From the IMG/VR virus record IMGVR_UViG_3300045988_128165: a DNA stretch of 64,000 bases; one strand, written 5' to 3'. The DNA comes from a virus. The notes under the pieces were generated by a model that did no database searches, had not been told where the DNA came from, and saw nothing but the letters and a program-made list of their open reading frames with translations. The translations under genes and the position numbers were made by a program. Below, piece by piece: positions 32,695 through 43,180 of the stretch (its first letter is position 1; every line of letters starts with the position of its first letter).

Positions 32695-33858
32695 ATGATT
32701 ATCAATAATAAAAGAGCGCTTGCATACATCCAGCATGTAACCAACATTCGTCCTATTGATGGTGCAGATAATATTGAACAGTGTAATGTACTTGGATGGA
32801 ATCTCATTTGTAAGAAGGGTGAATTCCATGAAGGCGATCCTTGTGTTTATATTGAGATTGACTCAAAAGTCCCTGAGAGAGAGGAATTTGAATTCCTTCG
32901 TGCAAAAGGCTTTAAGGTCAAGACAATGAAGCTTGGTAAGTTTAATTGTATCAGTCAGGGCCTTGCCATGCCACAGTCTGCATTTAAAGAGTTGGTAGGG
33001 CTTTCAGAGGGGACTGATGTAACCGATATTCTTGGAATTAAGTATTCCGTACAAGAGGATAATGCTCGTAAGAGCAATGGCGATCCTAATGCAAAATATA
33101 AATCTATGGCCGCTCGTCACCAGAAAATCTTTAAAAAGAAGTGGGCACGTTGGATGATGCGTCGTTCTTGGGGGCGTAAGGTTATGTTTTTCTTCTTCGG
33201 CAAGAAGAAAGATAACCCTCGTGGTTTTCCTTCATTTGTTTCAAAGACAGACGAAGAGCGTGTAGAAAATCAGCCTTGGCGTATTAGTGATGGCAAGACT
33301 TATATCGCTACAGAAAAGCTAGATGGCACTTCTTGTACTTATGCACTTGAACGAACAGGTCGTAATAAGTTTGAGTTTTATGTTTGTTCTCGTAATGTAA
33401 GACAGCAGGACGAGAAACAAGAGTGTTATCATGACCATAACATCTATTGGGATTTGGCGTTTAAGTACAATATCGAACAGCATTTGAAGGATATCCTAAA
33501 TCAATTTCCTAAGCTTAAATGGGTATGCATTCAAGGCGAGGGCGTAGGTTCTGTTCAGGGCAATCCTCTGAAGCTCAAGGAAGATGATTTATATGTTTTT
33601 AATTTTAAAGATTCTGAAAGGGGAAGATATAATTCTATCATTGGTAGAGCGATTATTGAAAAGATGGGCATGAAATGGGTTCCCATTCTTGGAAAAGTTC
33701 AAATGCCAGACACTATGGAGGAACTTAAGGCGCTTGCAACTGGCAAGTCCAAGGTGAATCCAGATGTAATGCGTGAAGGTATTGTGTACCGTTCTTTGGA
33801 TGGTAGTGATAGTTTCAAAAATGTCAGCCGCGAGTATTTGCTAAAACATAATAATTAA
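32695..33858 (+). CDS. ATP-dependent RNA ligase (N-terminal OB-like domain + KxDG nucleotidyltransferase; DraRnl/Rnl5-like)
   Basis: ATEKLDGTS motif I; N-terminus IRPIDGADNIE...GW..ICKKGEF..GD. Confidence 0.6.
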   Translation: MIINNKRALAYIQHVTNIRPIDGADNIEQCNVLGWNLICKKGEFHEGDPCVYIEIDSKVPEREEFEFLRAKGFKVKTMKLGKFNCISQGLAMPQSAFKELVGLSEGTDVTDILGIKYSVQEDNARKSNGDPNAKYKSMAARHQKIFKKKWARWMMRRSWGRKVMFFFFGKKKDNPRGFPSFVSKTDEERVENQPWRISDGKTYIATEKLDGTSCTYALERTGRNKFEFYVCSRNVRQQDEKQECYHDHNIYWDLAFKYNIEQHLKDILNQFPKLKWVCIQGEGVGSVQGNPLKLKEDDLYVFNFKDSERGRYNSIIGRAIIEKMGMKWVPILGKVQMPDTMEELKALATGKSKVNPDVMREGIVYRSLDGSDSFKNVSREYLLKHNN

Positions 33859-33877
33859 AGGAGAATGAGATGAAAGA

Positions 33878-34717
33878 ATGAACTATCATTCAGATAAATA
33901 CATAATGGACGGTGTTCGAGAGCATTATAACGAAGCTCTCGAATACTTTCCAGAGGATAGAATTGTGGGCATCTTCTATCAAGGTAGTGGCAATTATGGA
34001 CTTGATTATGAGGGTTCTGACGTTGATACAAAGTTGATTGTAACTCCAACTCTTGATGATATAATTTTCACTCACAAACCTGTAAGCACCACTCATATTA
34101 GAAATAACGATGAGCATACTGATTGGAAAGACATCAGACTTATGCTTCAAACATTCAGAAAATGTAATTTGAATTTTACAGAAATTCTTTTTACTAAATA
34201 CAAAATTGTTAATTCTCTATATATGAAACAGTGGGATAGAGTCGTTGATAACAACGAACTTATTGCGAGATATAATGAAGTTGCAGCAGTAAGGACAATG
34301 AAGGGCATTGCTATGGAAAAATATCATGCAATGGAACATAAATATCCTTCTAAAATTGAGATTATTGATAAATATGGATTTGATGGGAAGCAAGTTCATC
34401 ACTTATTTAGGGTAGAAGAATATTTACAAAGATATATTAATGGCGAATCTTATGCAGACTGTTTAATTTCAAAGCAAGCAGAATATCTTAAAAATGTTAA
34501 GACTTGTGGTTATCTTTCTCTCGAAGAAGCAAGAGTTTTAGCAAAAGAGTCTTTAAACAGAATATGTATAATGGCTGACAAGTTCCGCGCAGAGCATATA
34601 GAAGAATCTAATCCAAATGTTGATAATCTTTTAGACGATGTTCAACGAGAAATTATGCTAATCGCTATTAAGAGAGAAATTAACGATTATAGGATACAAA
34701 ACAATGTAAATTTATAA
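33878..34717 (+). CDS. Pol-beta-superfamily nucleotidyltransferase
   Basis: GSGNYGLDYEGSDVD signature (GS...DxD). Confidence 0.6.
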   Translation: MNYHSDKYIMDGVREHYNEALEYFPEDRIVGIFYQGSGNYGLDYEGSDVDTKLIVTPTLDDIIFTHKPVSTTHIRNNDEHTDWKDIRLMLQTFRKCNLNFTEILFTKYKIVNSLYMKQWDRVVDNNELIARYNEVAAVRTMKGIAMEKYHAMEHKYPSKIEIIDKYGFDGKQVHHLFRVEEYLQRYINGESYADCLISKQAEYLKNVKTCGYLSLEEARVLAKESLNRICIMADKFRAEHIEESNPNVDNLLDDVQREIMLIAIKREINDYRIQNNVNL

Positions 34718-34777
34718 TAAGGAGGGCTAATAAATAATGTAAAAGATACAATAAAATTCAATTATTTACAAAAAAAT

Positions 34778-35440
34778 ATGGGTTATATTTATAAAATTAC
34801 TAATAATATCAATAACAAATGTTATATTGGGAAAACAGAAAGAACTATTCAAGTCAGATGGTCAGAACATATCCGTTCAAGTAAATGTAAGCCAGATTTA
34901 CCATTATATCGAGCGTTCTTAAAATATGGCATAGATAATTTTTCAATTGAAGAAATAGAAGAATGTGATAATGCTATTTTAGATGAACGAGAAATTTATT
35001 GGATTGATTATTTTAATGCCTACAGAGAAGGATATAATTGCACGGCTGGTGGAGAAGGTGGAATAAAAACATATGAAGAAAATATTGATATTATTATTGA
35101 ACGCTATCAACAAGGAGAAAGGTTAGATCGTTTATGTAAAGAATATCATTATGATTACGCATGTATTAGACCTAAACTTGAAGCAAAAGGTCTCATTATT
35201 AATACAACGGCTGGGCCAGAAAAATTAAGCAAGAAAATATATGCAGTAGACCCAATTACATTACAAGTTGTTGCAGAATATGAATCTATTTCTGCCGCTG
35301 GTAGAGCTTTATGTAAAGATAGTAAAAATCCTAGAGCAATAGCAAACCATATTGTTAAACAAAAAGATACTGAACATGTATCTCATGGATTTTTATGGCG
35401 TACCACTGAAACTATACGAGATTATGAAGATTGCAATTAA
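34778..35440 (+). CDS. GIY-YIG homing endonuclease
   Basis: GYIYKITN...CYIGKT...R..EH...N. Confidence 0.85.
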   Translation: MGYIYKITNNINNKCYIGKTERTIQVRWSEHIRSSKCKPDLPLYRAFLKYGIDNFSIEEIEECDNAILDEREIYWIDYFNAYREGYNCTAGGEGGIKTYEENIDIIIERYQQGERLDRLCKEYHYDYACIRPKLEAKGLIINTTAGPEKLSKKIYAVDPITLQVVAEYESISAAGRALCKDSKNPRAIANHIVKQKDTEHVSHGFLWRTTETIRDYEDCN

Positions 35441-35459
35441 GAAAGAGATTAGTGATTAA

Positions 35460-35864
35460 ATGATCAACCTTCGTCAAGATTTAATTCAAAAAGAACTTTA
35501 TGGGACGTGCCAAGATGAGCTTACATATCGGAAATTAAAGCCTAGCAACAGCTTTATTAATAAACTTTTCAATCATTACTATGTTGTTGAGCACACGGAA
35601 CACTTTTATGATTCTGTGTCGCACGGGATTGAGTTTAATAACTGGATAGAAGTTTATTCTAATGGTGTTTTTGGCATGTCGCAGAAAGATGTTGATAAAA
35701 TTAGTAGGGAACATCTTAAGAATATCAAAAGATGTGGCGTTAGTTATAATGGTAGACTTTATATTGCAGAAAAAGAAGATTCAATTTTCATTTACTACTA
35801 TGGAAGAGATTTTGCGCTAGTAGATTATTTGTGGATTTTTAAGAGGAAAGAAAGAGATCGGTGA
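35460..35864 (+). CDS. hypothetical protein
   Basis: ORF track. Confidence 0.55.
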   Translation: MINLRQDLIQKELYGTCQDELTYRKLKPSNSFINKLFNHYYVVEHTEHFYDSVSHGIEFNNWIEVYSNGVFGMSQKDVDKISREHLKNIKRCGVSYNGRLYIAEKEDSIFIYYYGRDFALVDYLWIFKRKERDR

Positions 35865-35868
35865 TGAA

Positions 35869-36786
35869 ATGACTAAATTCTTTATGATGATTGGTTTGGC
35901 TGGCAGCGGCAAGAGTGAACAGGCCAAGAAACTTGCAGCAAAATATGATGCAGAAATTTTTTCTAGTGACTCACTTCGAGAGGAAATGTTCGGAGATGTG
36001 AACCATCAGACGGATAATGATGTTTTGTTTAAAGAGCTCCACAAGCGTATTAGAGGATGCCTGACTTATGGAAAGAGCGCCATTTATGATGCTTGTAATA
36101 TTAGCTATAAGCGTCGCATGGAGTTTCTTAAGTCTCTCAATAAAATCCCTTGTGAGAAGATTGCAGTTCTTATGGCAACGCCTTATGAAGTTTGTCTTGA
36201 ACGCAATTCACAGCGTGAGCGGGAAGTGCCAGAGCATGTAATTAAACGTATGTATATGAACTTTAACGTACCTTTTTGGTACGAAGGTTGGGATGATATT
36301 GATGTTGTTTATTCTGAAGATGCGATGGACTATAAAGGATGGGATAGAGATTGGATCGAATCAGTGAAAGATTTTAACCAAGACAATTCTCATCATGCCT
36401 TATCTCTTGGAGACCATTGTTGGAATGCTGTAAAATATATTGATAGTAACACACCATCTTTGCATTCAACGTCCACTGAACTTAGACATGCAGCAATGCT
36501 ACATGACGAGGGAAAAATCTTTACGAAAAGCTTTTATGATGCAAGAGGGAATCCTTCAGAAGATGCGCATTATTATTCCCATGAGCGTTGTGGGGCATAC
36601 AATAGCTTATTCTACGAAATGCCCTGCGAACATCTTTATGTAGCACAGCTTATTCAGTGGCATATGCGACCTTATCTCGCATGGGAGCAATCTGACAAAG
36701 CTATGCAGAAAGATAGGAAACTTCTTGGTGAACCTTTATTTAACGATATTTGTCTATTGCATGCTGCCGATGTGTCAGCGCATTGA
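35869..36786 (+). CDS. P-loop polynucleotide-kinase-like domain fused to an HD phosphohydrolase domain
   Basis: GLAGSGKS Walker A; C-terminal H...LHDEGK...H. Confidence 0.6.
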   Translation: MTKFFMMIGLAGSGKSEQAKKLAAKYDAEIFSSDSLREEMFGDVNHQTDNDVLFKELHKRIRGCLTYGKSAIYDACNISYKRRMEFLKSLNKIPCEKIAVLMATPYEVCLERNSQREREVPEHVIKRMYMNFNVPFWYEGWDDIDVVYSEDAMDYKGWDRDWIESVKDFNQDNSHHALSLGDHCWNAVKYIDSNTPSLHSTSTELRHAAMLHDEGKIFTKSFYDARGNPSEDAHYYSHERCGAYNSLFYEMPCEHLYVAQLIQWHMRPYLAWEQSDKAMQKDRKLLGEPLFNDICLLHAADVSAH

Positions 36787-36806
36787 TAAAATATTAAATT
36801 AACCTC

Positions 36807-36835
36807 TTGACAATACAAAATTATTGACATATAAT
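36807..36835 (+). promoter_or_regulatory. consensus sigma-A promoter with motif in the spacer
   Basis: TTGACA, ATACAAAATTATTGACA, TATAAT. Confidence 0.8.
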
Positions 36836-36863
36836 GTCCACATAGGAAGGAGAGTGAATATTT

Positions 36864-37892
36864 GTGGATGTACAATCTTTAAAAGAATATATATTAGACA
36901 ATGAAAAATTGCCAGAGATTCTTCAGGAGATTGGATGCCACAGTATTCATGACCATGGTGGATATATTACATGCGGAAATAAAACTGGAGATAATAAATC
37001 AGCAATTGTTATTTATTTAAATGAAAATTTAACTGTTGTAAATTACACTCGTACAATGACGAGCAGTAAAAGAACAACAGATATCTTTGATTTGATTTGT
37101 TATAACGAAGACTATTCTTTTCCTGAAGCTCTTAAGTTCTGTTGCAATTTATTTGGGCTAGATTATTATCAAGAGCCAGAAGAAGTTCCAGAATCCCTTC
37201 AAATCCTTAAAATGTTACAGCAAATGGCGACAGAAGAAGACGACTTTGATGACACTCCGTTAAAGCCTATTTCAGAAAAAATTCTATCTTATTATCTCCC
37301 TTACGGCAATAAGCAGTTTGAACAAGATGGAATTAGTCTAAGAACTCAAAGATTATTTGAAGTATCTTTTGACCCAATGACAAACTCAATTGCGATTCCA
37401 ATTAGAGATGAAATTGGGACATTGGTTGGGATTAAAGCAAGAAGAATGGAATATGACCCGGATAGTGGAATGTCTAAATATTTTTTTCTCGAACCATGTG
37501 CAAAGTCAAGAATCTTGTATGGTCTATTTCAAAATATAAAATTAATTCAACATACAGGGACAGTATGGGTCGGTGAAAGTGAAAAATTTGTGCAGCAATT
37601 GTACGACATGGGGTATTATGGTGTAAGTACTGGTGGCACAAAGATCTCAAAAATTCAGGTTGAGATGCTAACAAGATTAAATGTCAAGATTGTTTTTTGT
37701 TACGATGAAGATGTTGATGAAGAACAATTAAAAAACATTTCAAATATGTTCTTAAATGGGATCCCAGTATATGCAATTATTGATAAAGATCATATTCTTG
37801 ACAATAAAGAATCTCCTAGTGACAATCCCGAAAAATTTAAATATCTAATTAAAAATAATATATATAGTTTGCGTGAGGATAATGACGAATAA
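36864..37892 (+). CDS. Toprim-domain DNA primase
   Basis: VGESEKF...CYDEDVD Toprim acidic motifs. Confidence 0.6.
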   Translation: MDVQSLKEYILDNEKLPEILQEIGCHSIHDHGGYITCGNKTGDNKSAIVIYLNENLTVVNYTRTMTSSKRTTDIFDLICYNEDYSFPEALKFCCNLFGLDYYQEPEEVPESLQILKMLQQMATEEDDFDDTPLKPISEKILSYYLPYGNKQFEQDGISLRTQRLFEVSFDPMTNSIAIPIRDEIGTLVGIKARRMEYDPDSGMSKYFFLEPCAKSRILYGLFQNIKLIQHTGTVWVGESEKFVQQLYDMGYYGVSTGGTKISKIQVEMLTRLNVKIVFCYDEDVDEEQLKNISNMFLNGIPVYAIIDKDHILDNKESPSDNPEKFKYLIKNNIYSLREDNDE

Positions 37893-38316
37893 ACAGAGAA
37901 AATTTTTTAAACATGCAAAAGCCGCTTCTGAAATGAGCAGTTTTCCAAGAGTACATATTGGTGCAATTGTCACATGTGGCAATAAAGTTGTAGGTGTAGG
38001 CTTTAATAGCAGAAAGAGTTCACCGATTCAAAAGAAATATAATAAATATAGAAATTTTGATTGTTCTGCAACAAATACAGAGCCTCTTCATTTGACACAT
38101 GCGGAAGTTGCTGCACTTGGGCAGTTGAAATATATGGATATTGATGTTAGCAAATGTGAAGTATGGACATATAGAGAGAATCTAAATCATGAGCTTTCCC
38201 CATCTCGTCCATGCGCTGCATGCATGAATTATCTCAAAGACCTTGGTATTAAAAAAATACATTATACAACTGATGGCGGATACGCCGACGAAGAAATTGT
38301 GATTAAGGAGAGTTAA
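37882..38316 (+). CDS. dCMP/CMP deaminase
   Basis: HAEVAAL and PCAACMNYL zinc motifs. Confidence 0.75.
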   Translation: MTNKQRKFFKHAKAASEMSSFPRVHIGAIVTCGNKVVGVGFNSRKSSPIQKKYNKYRNFDCSATNTEPLHLTHAEVAALGQLKYMDIDVSKCEVWTYRENLNHELSPSRPCAACMNYLKDLGIKKIHYTTDGGYADEEIVIKES

Positions 38317-38318
38317 AA

Positions 38319-38498
38319 GTGTATAAAAGAAATTGTGTTGAAGTTAGTGAGGATCTCTGTAAAAAATGTTTTATTAAGATCGCTAAGCCGAGCAAGAAAG
38401 AGATTAAGCATATTGTACTAACAGACTATAATGCGACATGTGACAATTGCGGGCGAAAGGGGCCAATTGTTGATTATATTAATGATGAAGATTATTGA
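38319..38498 (+). CDS. 59-aa zinc-ribbon ORF
   Basis: GTG behind AAGGAG; CKKC...CDNC. Confidence 0.4.
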   Translation: MYKRNCVEVSEDLCKKCFIKIAKPSKKEIKHIVLTDYNATCDNCGRKGPIVDYINDEDY

Positions 38499-38567
38499 TC
38501 ATTTTCGTATTTAAAATGAGGATAAAAATAGTAGACGAATACTCTTATAAAAATAAGATGGAGGGTA

Positions 38568-39350
38568 ATGATGACAGACAAAATTAAGATTGCAGTATTT
38601 AAAAAGCTACTAGACGAATTTGAAACAGATGAAATGCGTTTATATTGTGAAGATATGATTAAGCAAATTCCTGATTACATCTTTGAAATGCCTAGTAGTA
38701 CGACAGGGAAATATCATAATAAAACGCAATGTCTCCCTCATGGGCAAATTTATCACATTATTATGTTTGGAGCAATTCTTAATTATAGACTTAGTTTAAA
38801 GTGCAATCAAGAAAAATTTAAGTTTCCAGAACAAAGAGACGCTATGAGATGCGTTCCAATTTTCCATGATGCGTTAAAGTGCGGTTGGGATGGTGGCGCT
38901 TATACAGTTCATGAGCATCCTATTCTCGCGGCAGAATGGGTCAAAACGGCAAAAGTAGAACATGATATTAGTAAGAAAATTAAAGAAGCTATTGCAGATA
39001 TGTGTGCTGCACACAGTGGGCAATGGACAACATCAAATAAGAGTAAAACAGTTCTTCCAGAGCCAAGCAATGCCATGGAGGTTGTAATTCATGAATGTGA
39101 TTATCTAAGTAGTCGTGTGGATATTGATATGGCTATTCCTAAATATTTGAATGATATTTTTGTTGATGAACCAGTAAAGTTTGATCCAGATTATGTCCTA
39201 TCTTTTGGAAAGTATTCTGGAAGAAAACTTGTAGACGTATATAAAAAGCATCCAGATTATGTGGATTGGATGGAAGAAAATATTTATCGAAAAGATGTGC
39301 TAAATCAAATTAAAGTAATGAAGGAGAACCTAAAGAAAAATGAAGATTGA
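38568..39350 (+). CDS. HD-superfamily hydrolase with FGKYSGRKL C-terminal module
   Basis: YH...IFHDALK...H pattern. Confidence 0.45.
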   Translation: MMTDKIKIAVFKKLLDEFETDEMRLYCEDMIKQIPDYIFEMPSSTTGKYHNKTQCLPHGQIYHIIMFGAILNYRLSLKCNQEKFKFPEQRDAMRCVPIFHDALKCGWDGGAYTVHEHPILAAEWVKTAKVEHDISKKIKEAIADMCAAHSGQWTTSNKSKTVLPEPSNAMEVVIHECDYLSSRVDIDMAIPKYLNDIFVDEPVKFDPDYVLSFGKYSGRKLVDVYKKHPDYVDWMEENIYRKDVLNQIKVMKENLKKNED

Positions 39351-39750
39351 GATCCTTGCTGGTGGTAATATTGAAAAAGCATTTAAAGAACTTAATGTAG
39401 AATTTGCTATAAAATATTCTGGTGATCAATATAAAGTATGTGAAATTGATAAGAAAGACATGAAACGCATGGAAGATTATGAAGGAGAATGGCCTGACGA
39501 TTGGGGCTGGTGGAGCTTTACTAAAGGATCCAACATGGGAACTCCTTATAATTTTATTAAGATTAATGGTCGTGATATTATTTGTTGGGAGGGCGATGAT
39601 CATTGCAACGATGAATATAATACTCTTCTAGACTATATGAGTAAAGCAATTGGTGCGTCACAGCCAAGAAATGTATGTGCTCTGGCAGTTGATCTTGCTC
39701 GTGCAAATGGCATGTCTATGTCAGAACTGTTTAAAATCTATCAAAGATAA
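39340..39750 (+). CDS. hypothetical protein
   Basis: ORF track. Confidence 0.55.
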   Translation: MKIEILAGGNIEKAFKELNVEFAIKYSGDQYKVCEIDKKDMKRMEDYEGEWPDDWGWWSFTKGSNMGTPYNFIKINGRDIICWEGDDHCNDEYNTLLDYMSKAIGASQPRNVCALAVDLARANGMSMSELFKIYQR

Positions 39751-39790
39751 TACATTTCATATAAAAACACAATAGTATATCAAAAAAATA

Positions 39791-39818
39791 TGGCTCCTAG
39801 GCAACTGGGAGCCATTTT
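39791..39818 (+). terminator. intrinsic terminator
   Basis: TGGCTCC/GGAGCCA stem followed by TTTT. Confidence 0.7.
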
Positions 39819-39823
39819 GTTAC

Positions 39824-39852
39824 TTGACAATACCAAATTATTGTGATATAGT
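39824..39852 (+). promoter_or_regulatory. sigma-A-type promoter with motif variant in the spacer
   Basis: TTGACA, ATACCAAATTATTGTGA, TATAGT. Confidence 0.7.
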
Positions 39853-39873
39853 GGTATCACAAAGAAAGGGTGC

Positions 39874-41589
39874 ATGCATTTGAAATATAAATTAATAGGC
39901 AATAATGATACTACAAATATTTTAAAAACAGTATTAAATAATAGAGGAATTGAAAATTATAATAAATACCTAGCATTGTGTGACAATTGCTCCGACGATT
40001 GGAATAATTTAGATAATGTAGATGATGCAGTGACATATTTCAATTACCACCTCTCTAATCATCATTCTATTGCAATCTTACAGGATACAGATCCAGATGG
40101 AGTATGTAGTTCGACAATTATGTATCAATATATTAAACTAATGGATGCAGACTATCCAGTATCAATTGTTGTGCATAAGCAGAACAAGTCACACGGCCTA
40201 GCATTTTGGGACTTTGATATTCCAGACAACACAAAATTATTGATTATTCCCGATGCAGGAAGTAATGATGTGGATGAATGTAAAAAGTTAATCAACGATG
40301 GTATTGGAGTAATTGTTCTTGATCACCATCAGGTGTCAACAGACAAATTAAATCCTGCTGTTGTAGTAAATAACCAAACATCTAATGGGTATCCAAATAA
40401 GGAAGCATGTGGCGCTCATGTTACATATAATTTTCTGCAAGCATTAGATGATTATTATTGGAATGATTTTTGTGAAGAGTATTTTACTGATCTAGTAGCA
40501 TTAGCAGACATTTCAGATGTAATGTCAATGAAATCATTTAATACTCGTGCGATGGTTAATTATGGGATAGATAATATCAACAATAAAATGTTTAAAGAGA
40601 TTCTTAATGCTCAGGAATTTTCTACAAAATGTATCGTGTCTCCATTTACAATTGCATTCTACGTTACTCCTTTGATTAATGCATTTTTAAGAAGTGCAAC
40701 TTATGAAGAGCGTCAAATTCTTGCAAGAGCTTTTTATGAGGACGAATCTGAATTTTTTGAATATACAAAACGTGGTGATGATTTTCCGACAGCAGAAAAT
40801 ATCTATCAGCATTGTGTTAGACTTATGAAATCCTATAAGGGCAAACAAGACCGCGCTAGAGACAAAGCATATAAAACATTTATAAGTCAAAATAGTGATT
40901 CAGATGATAAAATAGCAATTATTGATGCGACTGGAGTGCTAGATTCTGCATATACGGGGCTTGTGGCGATCAAGCTCTCAGAAGCGCTTAATAAGCCTGT
41001 ACTTCTTGTGAGAAAAGTGGATGATGGATTCGCTGGTAGTGGTAGATCATTTGATTATTGCCCAATTGAAGACTTTAGAGCGATGACAGAATCATGCCCT
41101 GAAACAGTATTTGCACAAGGACATCCTAGTGCCTATGGCGTTGAATTAAAGGATATTAATAAGGCACGAGAATGGTTTAATGAAAATCTTAAAGACGTAT
41201 CTTTTGAAAAAATATATGTAGTAGATTTCATTGTTGATGCAGAAGATGTATCAATTTCGTGGTGTCAAGAACTTGATAAATATAAATCAACTTTTGCACA
41301 TGGAGTAGACGAACCATTGTGGTTGATTAAAGATTTATATATATCTAATGATAATGCTAAAATTGTCGGCAAGAACGATGATACAATTCAAATTTATGAC
41401 GAGGACACGAATATCAAATATGTTATGTTCAAATGCGATGAATCAAATGAAGTGTCTGATTGGATGAATAATAATTTTGCAGGAGAAGAGACATATATTA
41501 ATGTAATTGGTACATTGGGTATTAACGTATATAATGGACAAGTTTCTCCACAAGTATTAATTAAAGAATGTGAGATTAGAAAGGATTAA
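39874..41589 (+). CDS. DHH-family phosphoesterase, RecJ-like
   Basis: DTDPDG and VLDHHQ motifs; internal motif copy at 40226-40240. Confidence 0.65.
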   Translation: MHLKYKLIGNNDTTNILKTVLNNRGIENYNKYLALCDNCSDDWNNLDNVDDAVTYFNYHLSNHHSIAILQDTDPDGVCSSTIMYQYIKLMDADYPVSIVVHKQNKSHGLAFWDFDIPDNTKLLIIPDAGSNDVDECKKLINDGIGVIVLDHHQVSTDKLNPAVVVNNQTSNGYPNKEACGAHVTYNFLQALDDYYWNDFCEEYFTDLVALADISDVMSMKSFNTRAMVNYGIDNINNKMFKEILNAQEFSTKCIVSPFTIAFYVTPLINAFLRSATYEERQILARAFYEDESEFFEYTKRGDDFPTAENIYQHCVRLMKSYKGKQDRARDKAYKTFISQNSDSDDKIAIIDATGVLDSAYTGLVAIKLSEALNKPVLLVRKVDDGFAGSGRSFDYCPIEDFRAMTESCPETVFAQGHPSAYGVELKDINKAREWFNENLKDVSFEKIYVVDFIVDAEDVSISWCQELDKYKSTFAHGVDEPLWLIKDLYISNDNAKIVGKNDDTIQIYDEDTNIKYVMFKCDESNEVSDWMNNNFAGEETYINVIGTLGINVYNGQVSPQVLIKECEIRKD

Positions 41590-41594
41590 TCGCA

Positions 41595-41813
41595 ATGGGA
41601 TGGAATAGTACAAAAGATAAACTCCCTCCAGACATGGTAGATGTTCTTGGCTATACAGATGCAGATAAATTCAAAGTCGTATCCATTAAGAATGGAGTTT
41701 GGAACACATATATGAATGTACTTTATTGGATGTGGCTTCCTGATAAACCAGATATTAAGTCAGAAGAGCCACCAAAAAGACGTGGTAGAAAGAAGGCGAC
41801 AGATAAAATATGA
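41595..41813 (+). CDS. hypothetical protein (DUF551-like)
   Basis: ORF track; W...LPDKP tail. Confidence 0.45.
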   Translation: MGWNSTKDKLPPDMVDVLGYTDADKFKVVSIKNGVWNTYMNVLYWMWLPDKPDIKSEEPPKRRGRKKATDKI

Positions 41814-42097
41814 CAAAAGTTGATCAATATAAATGTGATTATTGTGGAGAAGTTTTCAATGATTATGACAAGTGCCTTGCACATGAATATGAGCATCAGA
41901 ATGACGATGTGTCTAGAGCAAAATATTTAATCAAATATAATCTAAGAAAAAATATTTGTGACTATTGTGAGCATAGTTACTTTGTATATGGGTGCGAGAT
42001 TGATTGCCAGTTTAAGAAAAACTGCAATTACAAAAACAATTATGAATTATTTGCGCCAGTGAAACCATTCCATGACAAAAGTATTCAAGGTTATTAA
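41810..42097 (+). CDS. Cys/His-rich protein
   Basis: ORF track. Confidence 0.55.
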   Translation: MTKVDQYKCDYCGEVFNDYDKCLAHEYEHQNDDVSRAKYLIKYNLRKNICDYCEHSYFVYGCEIDCQFKKNCNYKNNYELFAPVKPFHDKSIQGY

Positions 42098-42111
42098 GAA
42101 AGGATAATGCA

Positions 42112-42846
42112 ATGAGTTATTGGGATTATGAAGAACCTATGTGGGAACCGTCTGAAGCAGATGAATTATTTGATGAAATAAAATCAAAGCTTATTGATGC
42201 AGCTAAAGACTCTTTGAAGAGTGACATGGAATCGCTTAAAAGACGCAATGAGTATCTTGAGAAGCGCAATAAAGAGCTTGAAGACAAATCACTAGAAGTA
42301 TCAAGAAAAGAAAGTGATCTGGAATATAAATCACGAAATCTTCGTAGAGAAGTAGAAAAAGAATTTTATAAGACTGCTATTGACGATATCTTTAAGGATG
42401 CGCTTGAAAAATCTCAGCTTTGGATTGCATATAATAAACCACATGAAAAGCCTAAGTGCGACAAATGCGACGAAAATAGGAAGTGGGTTTTGACTTGGCC
42501 TGATGAGACAACCACGAGCAAGAGTTGCACATGTTCACAGCCAGATTATTGGTATGAACCGGAAGAGACATGGATTGAGTCATTGAGATATAGAGTTAAT
42601 GACGCAAATTATCCATCGGAAAGATATTATCGTCTCGATAAAAGTTATCAATGCACTGGTGACAGCAGATGGAATGATTATTCTTATAAAGATTTTGGGA
42701 TCCAGTTTGTATATGATAAGTTCTGTGATGATGTTATTGAAAAGCGAGATCAACTCACATATGGTAAAAATATTGGGTTTACATCAAAAGAAGAATGTCA
42801 AAAGTATTGTGATTGGTTGAATAAAAGGAGAACAAGTAATGAATAG
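42112..42846 (+). CDS. coiled-coil / Cys-rich protein
   Basis: ORF track. Confidence 0.55.
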   Translation: MSYWDYEEPMWEPSEADELFDEIKSKLIDAAKDSLKSDMESLKRRNEYLEKRNKELEDKSLEVSRKESDLEYKSRNLRREVEKEFYKTAIDDIFKDALEKSQLWIAYNKPHEKPKCDKCDENRKWVLTWPDETTTSKSCTCSQPDYWYEPEETWIESLRYRVNDANYPSERYYRLDKSYQCTGDSRWNDYSYKDFGIQFVYDKFCDDVIEKRDQLTYGKNIGFTSKEECQKYCDWLNKRRTSNE

Positions 42847-43177
42847 TAATGTAATTATTGATAGCCATATTACCCCAACTGACGTAAAGATTTATGTTGA
42901 AAATGGCACTCCTTATCTTGATTATACAGGGATATGCTATGCGAGTAACGGCGACAAAATTAAAGTTCATTTTCCAAAAATTGATCTTACACTTACTAAT
43001 ATAACACAAGAAAAAGATGAAGAGTGGAAGTATCAGTGGGGCTCAAGAAAAATACTTACAAAATTTAATGTTTGCGCGTCAAATGACAAATGGGCTACAT
43101 TTGAAGTTGTTGAACGAGAAGTGTCAAAGAAACAGCTCGAAAAGGAGCTTGGTTATAAGTTGAATATTAAGGAGTAA
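42839..43177 (+). CDS. hypothetical protein
   Basis: ORF track. Confidence 0.55.
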   Translation: MNSNVIIDSHITPTDVKIYVENGTPYLDYTGICYASNGDKIKVHFPKIDLTLTNITQEKDEEWKYQWGSRKILTKFNVCASNDKWATFEVVEREVSKKQLEKELGYKLNIKE

Positions 43178-43180
43178 TTT

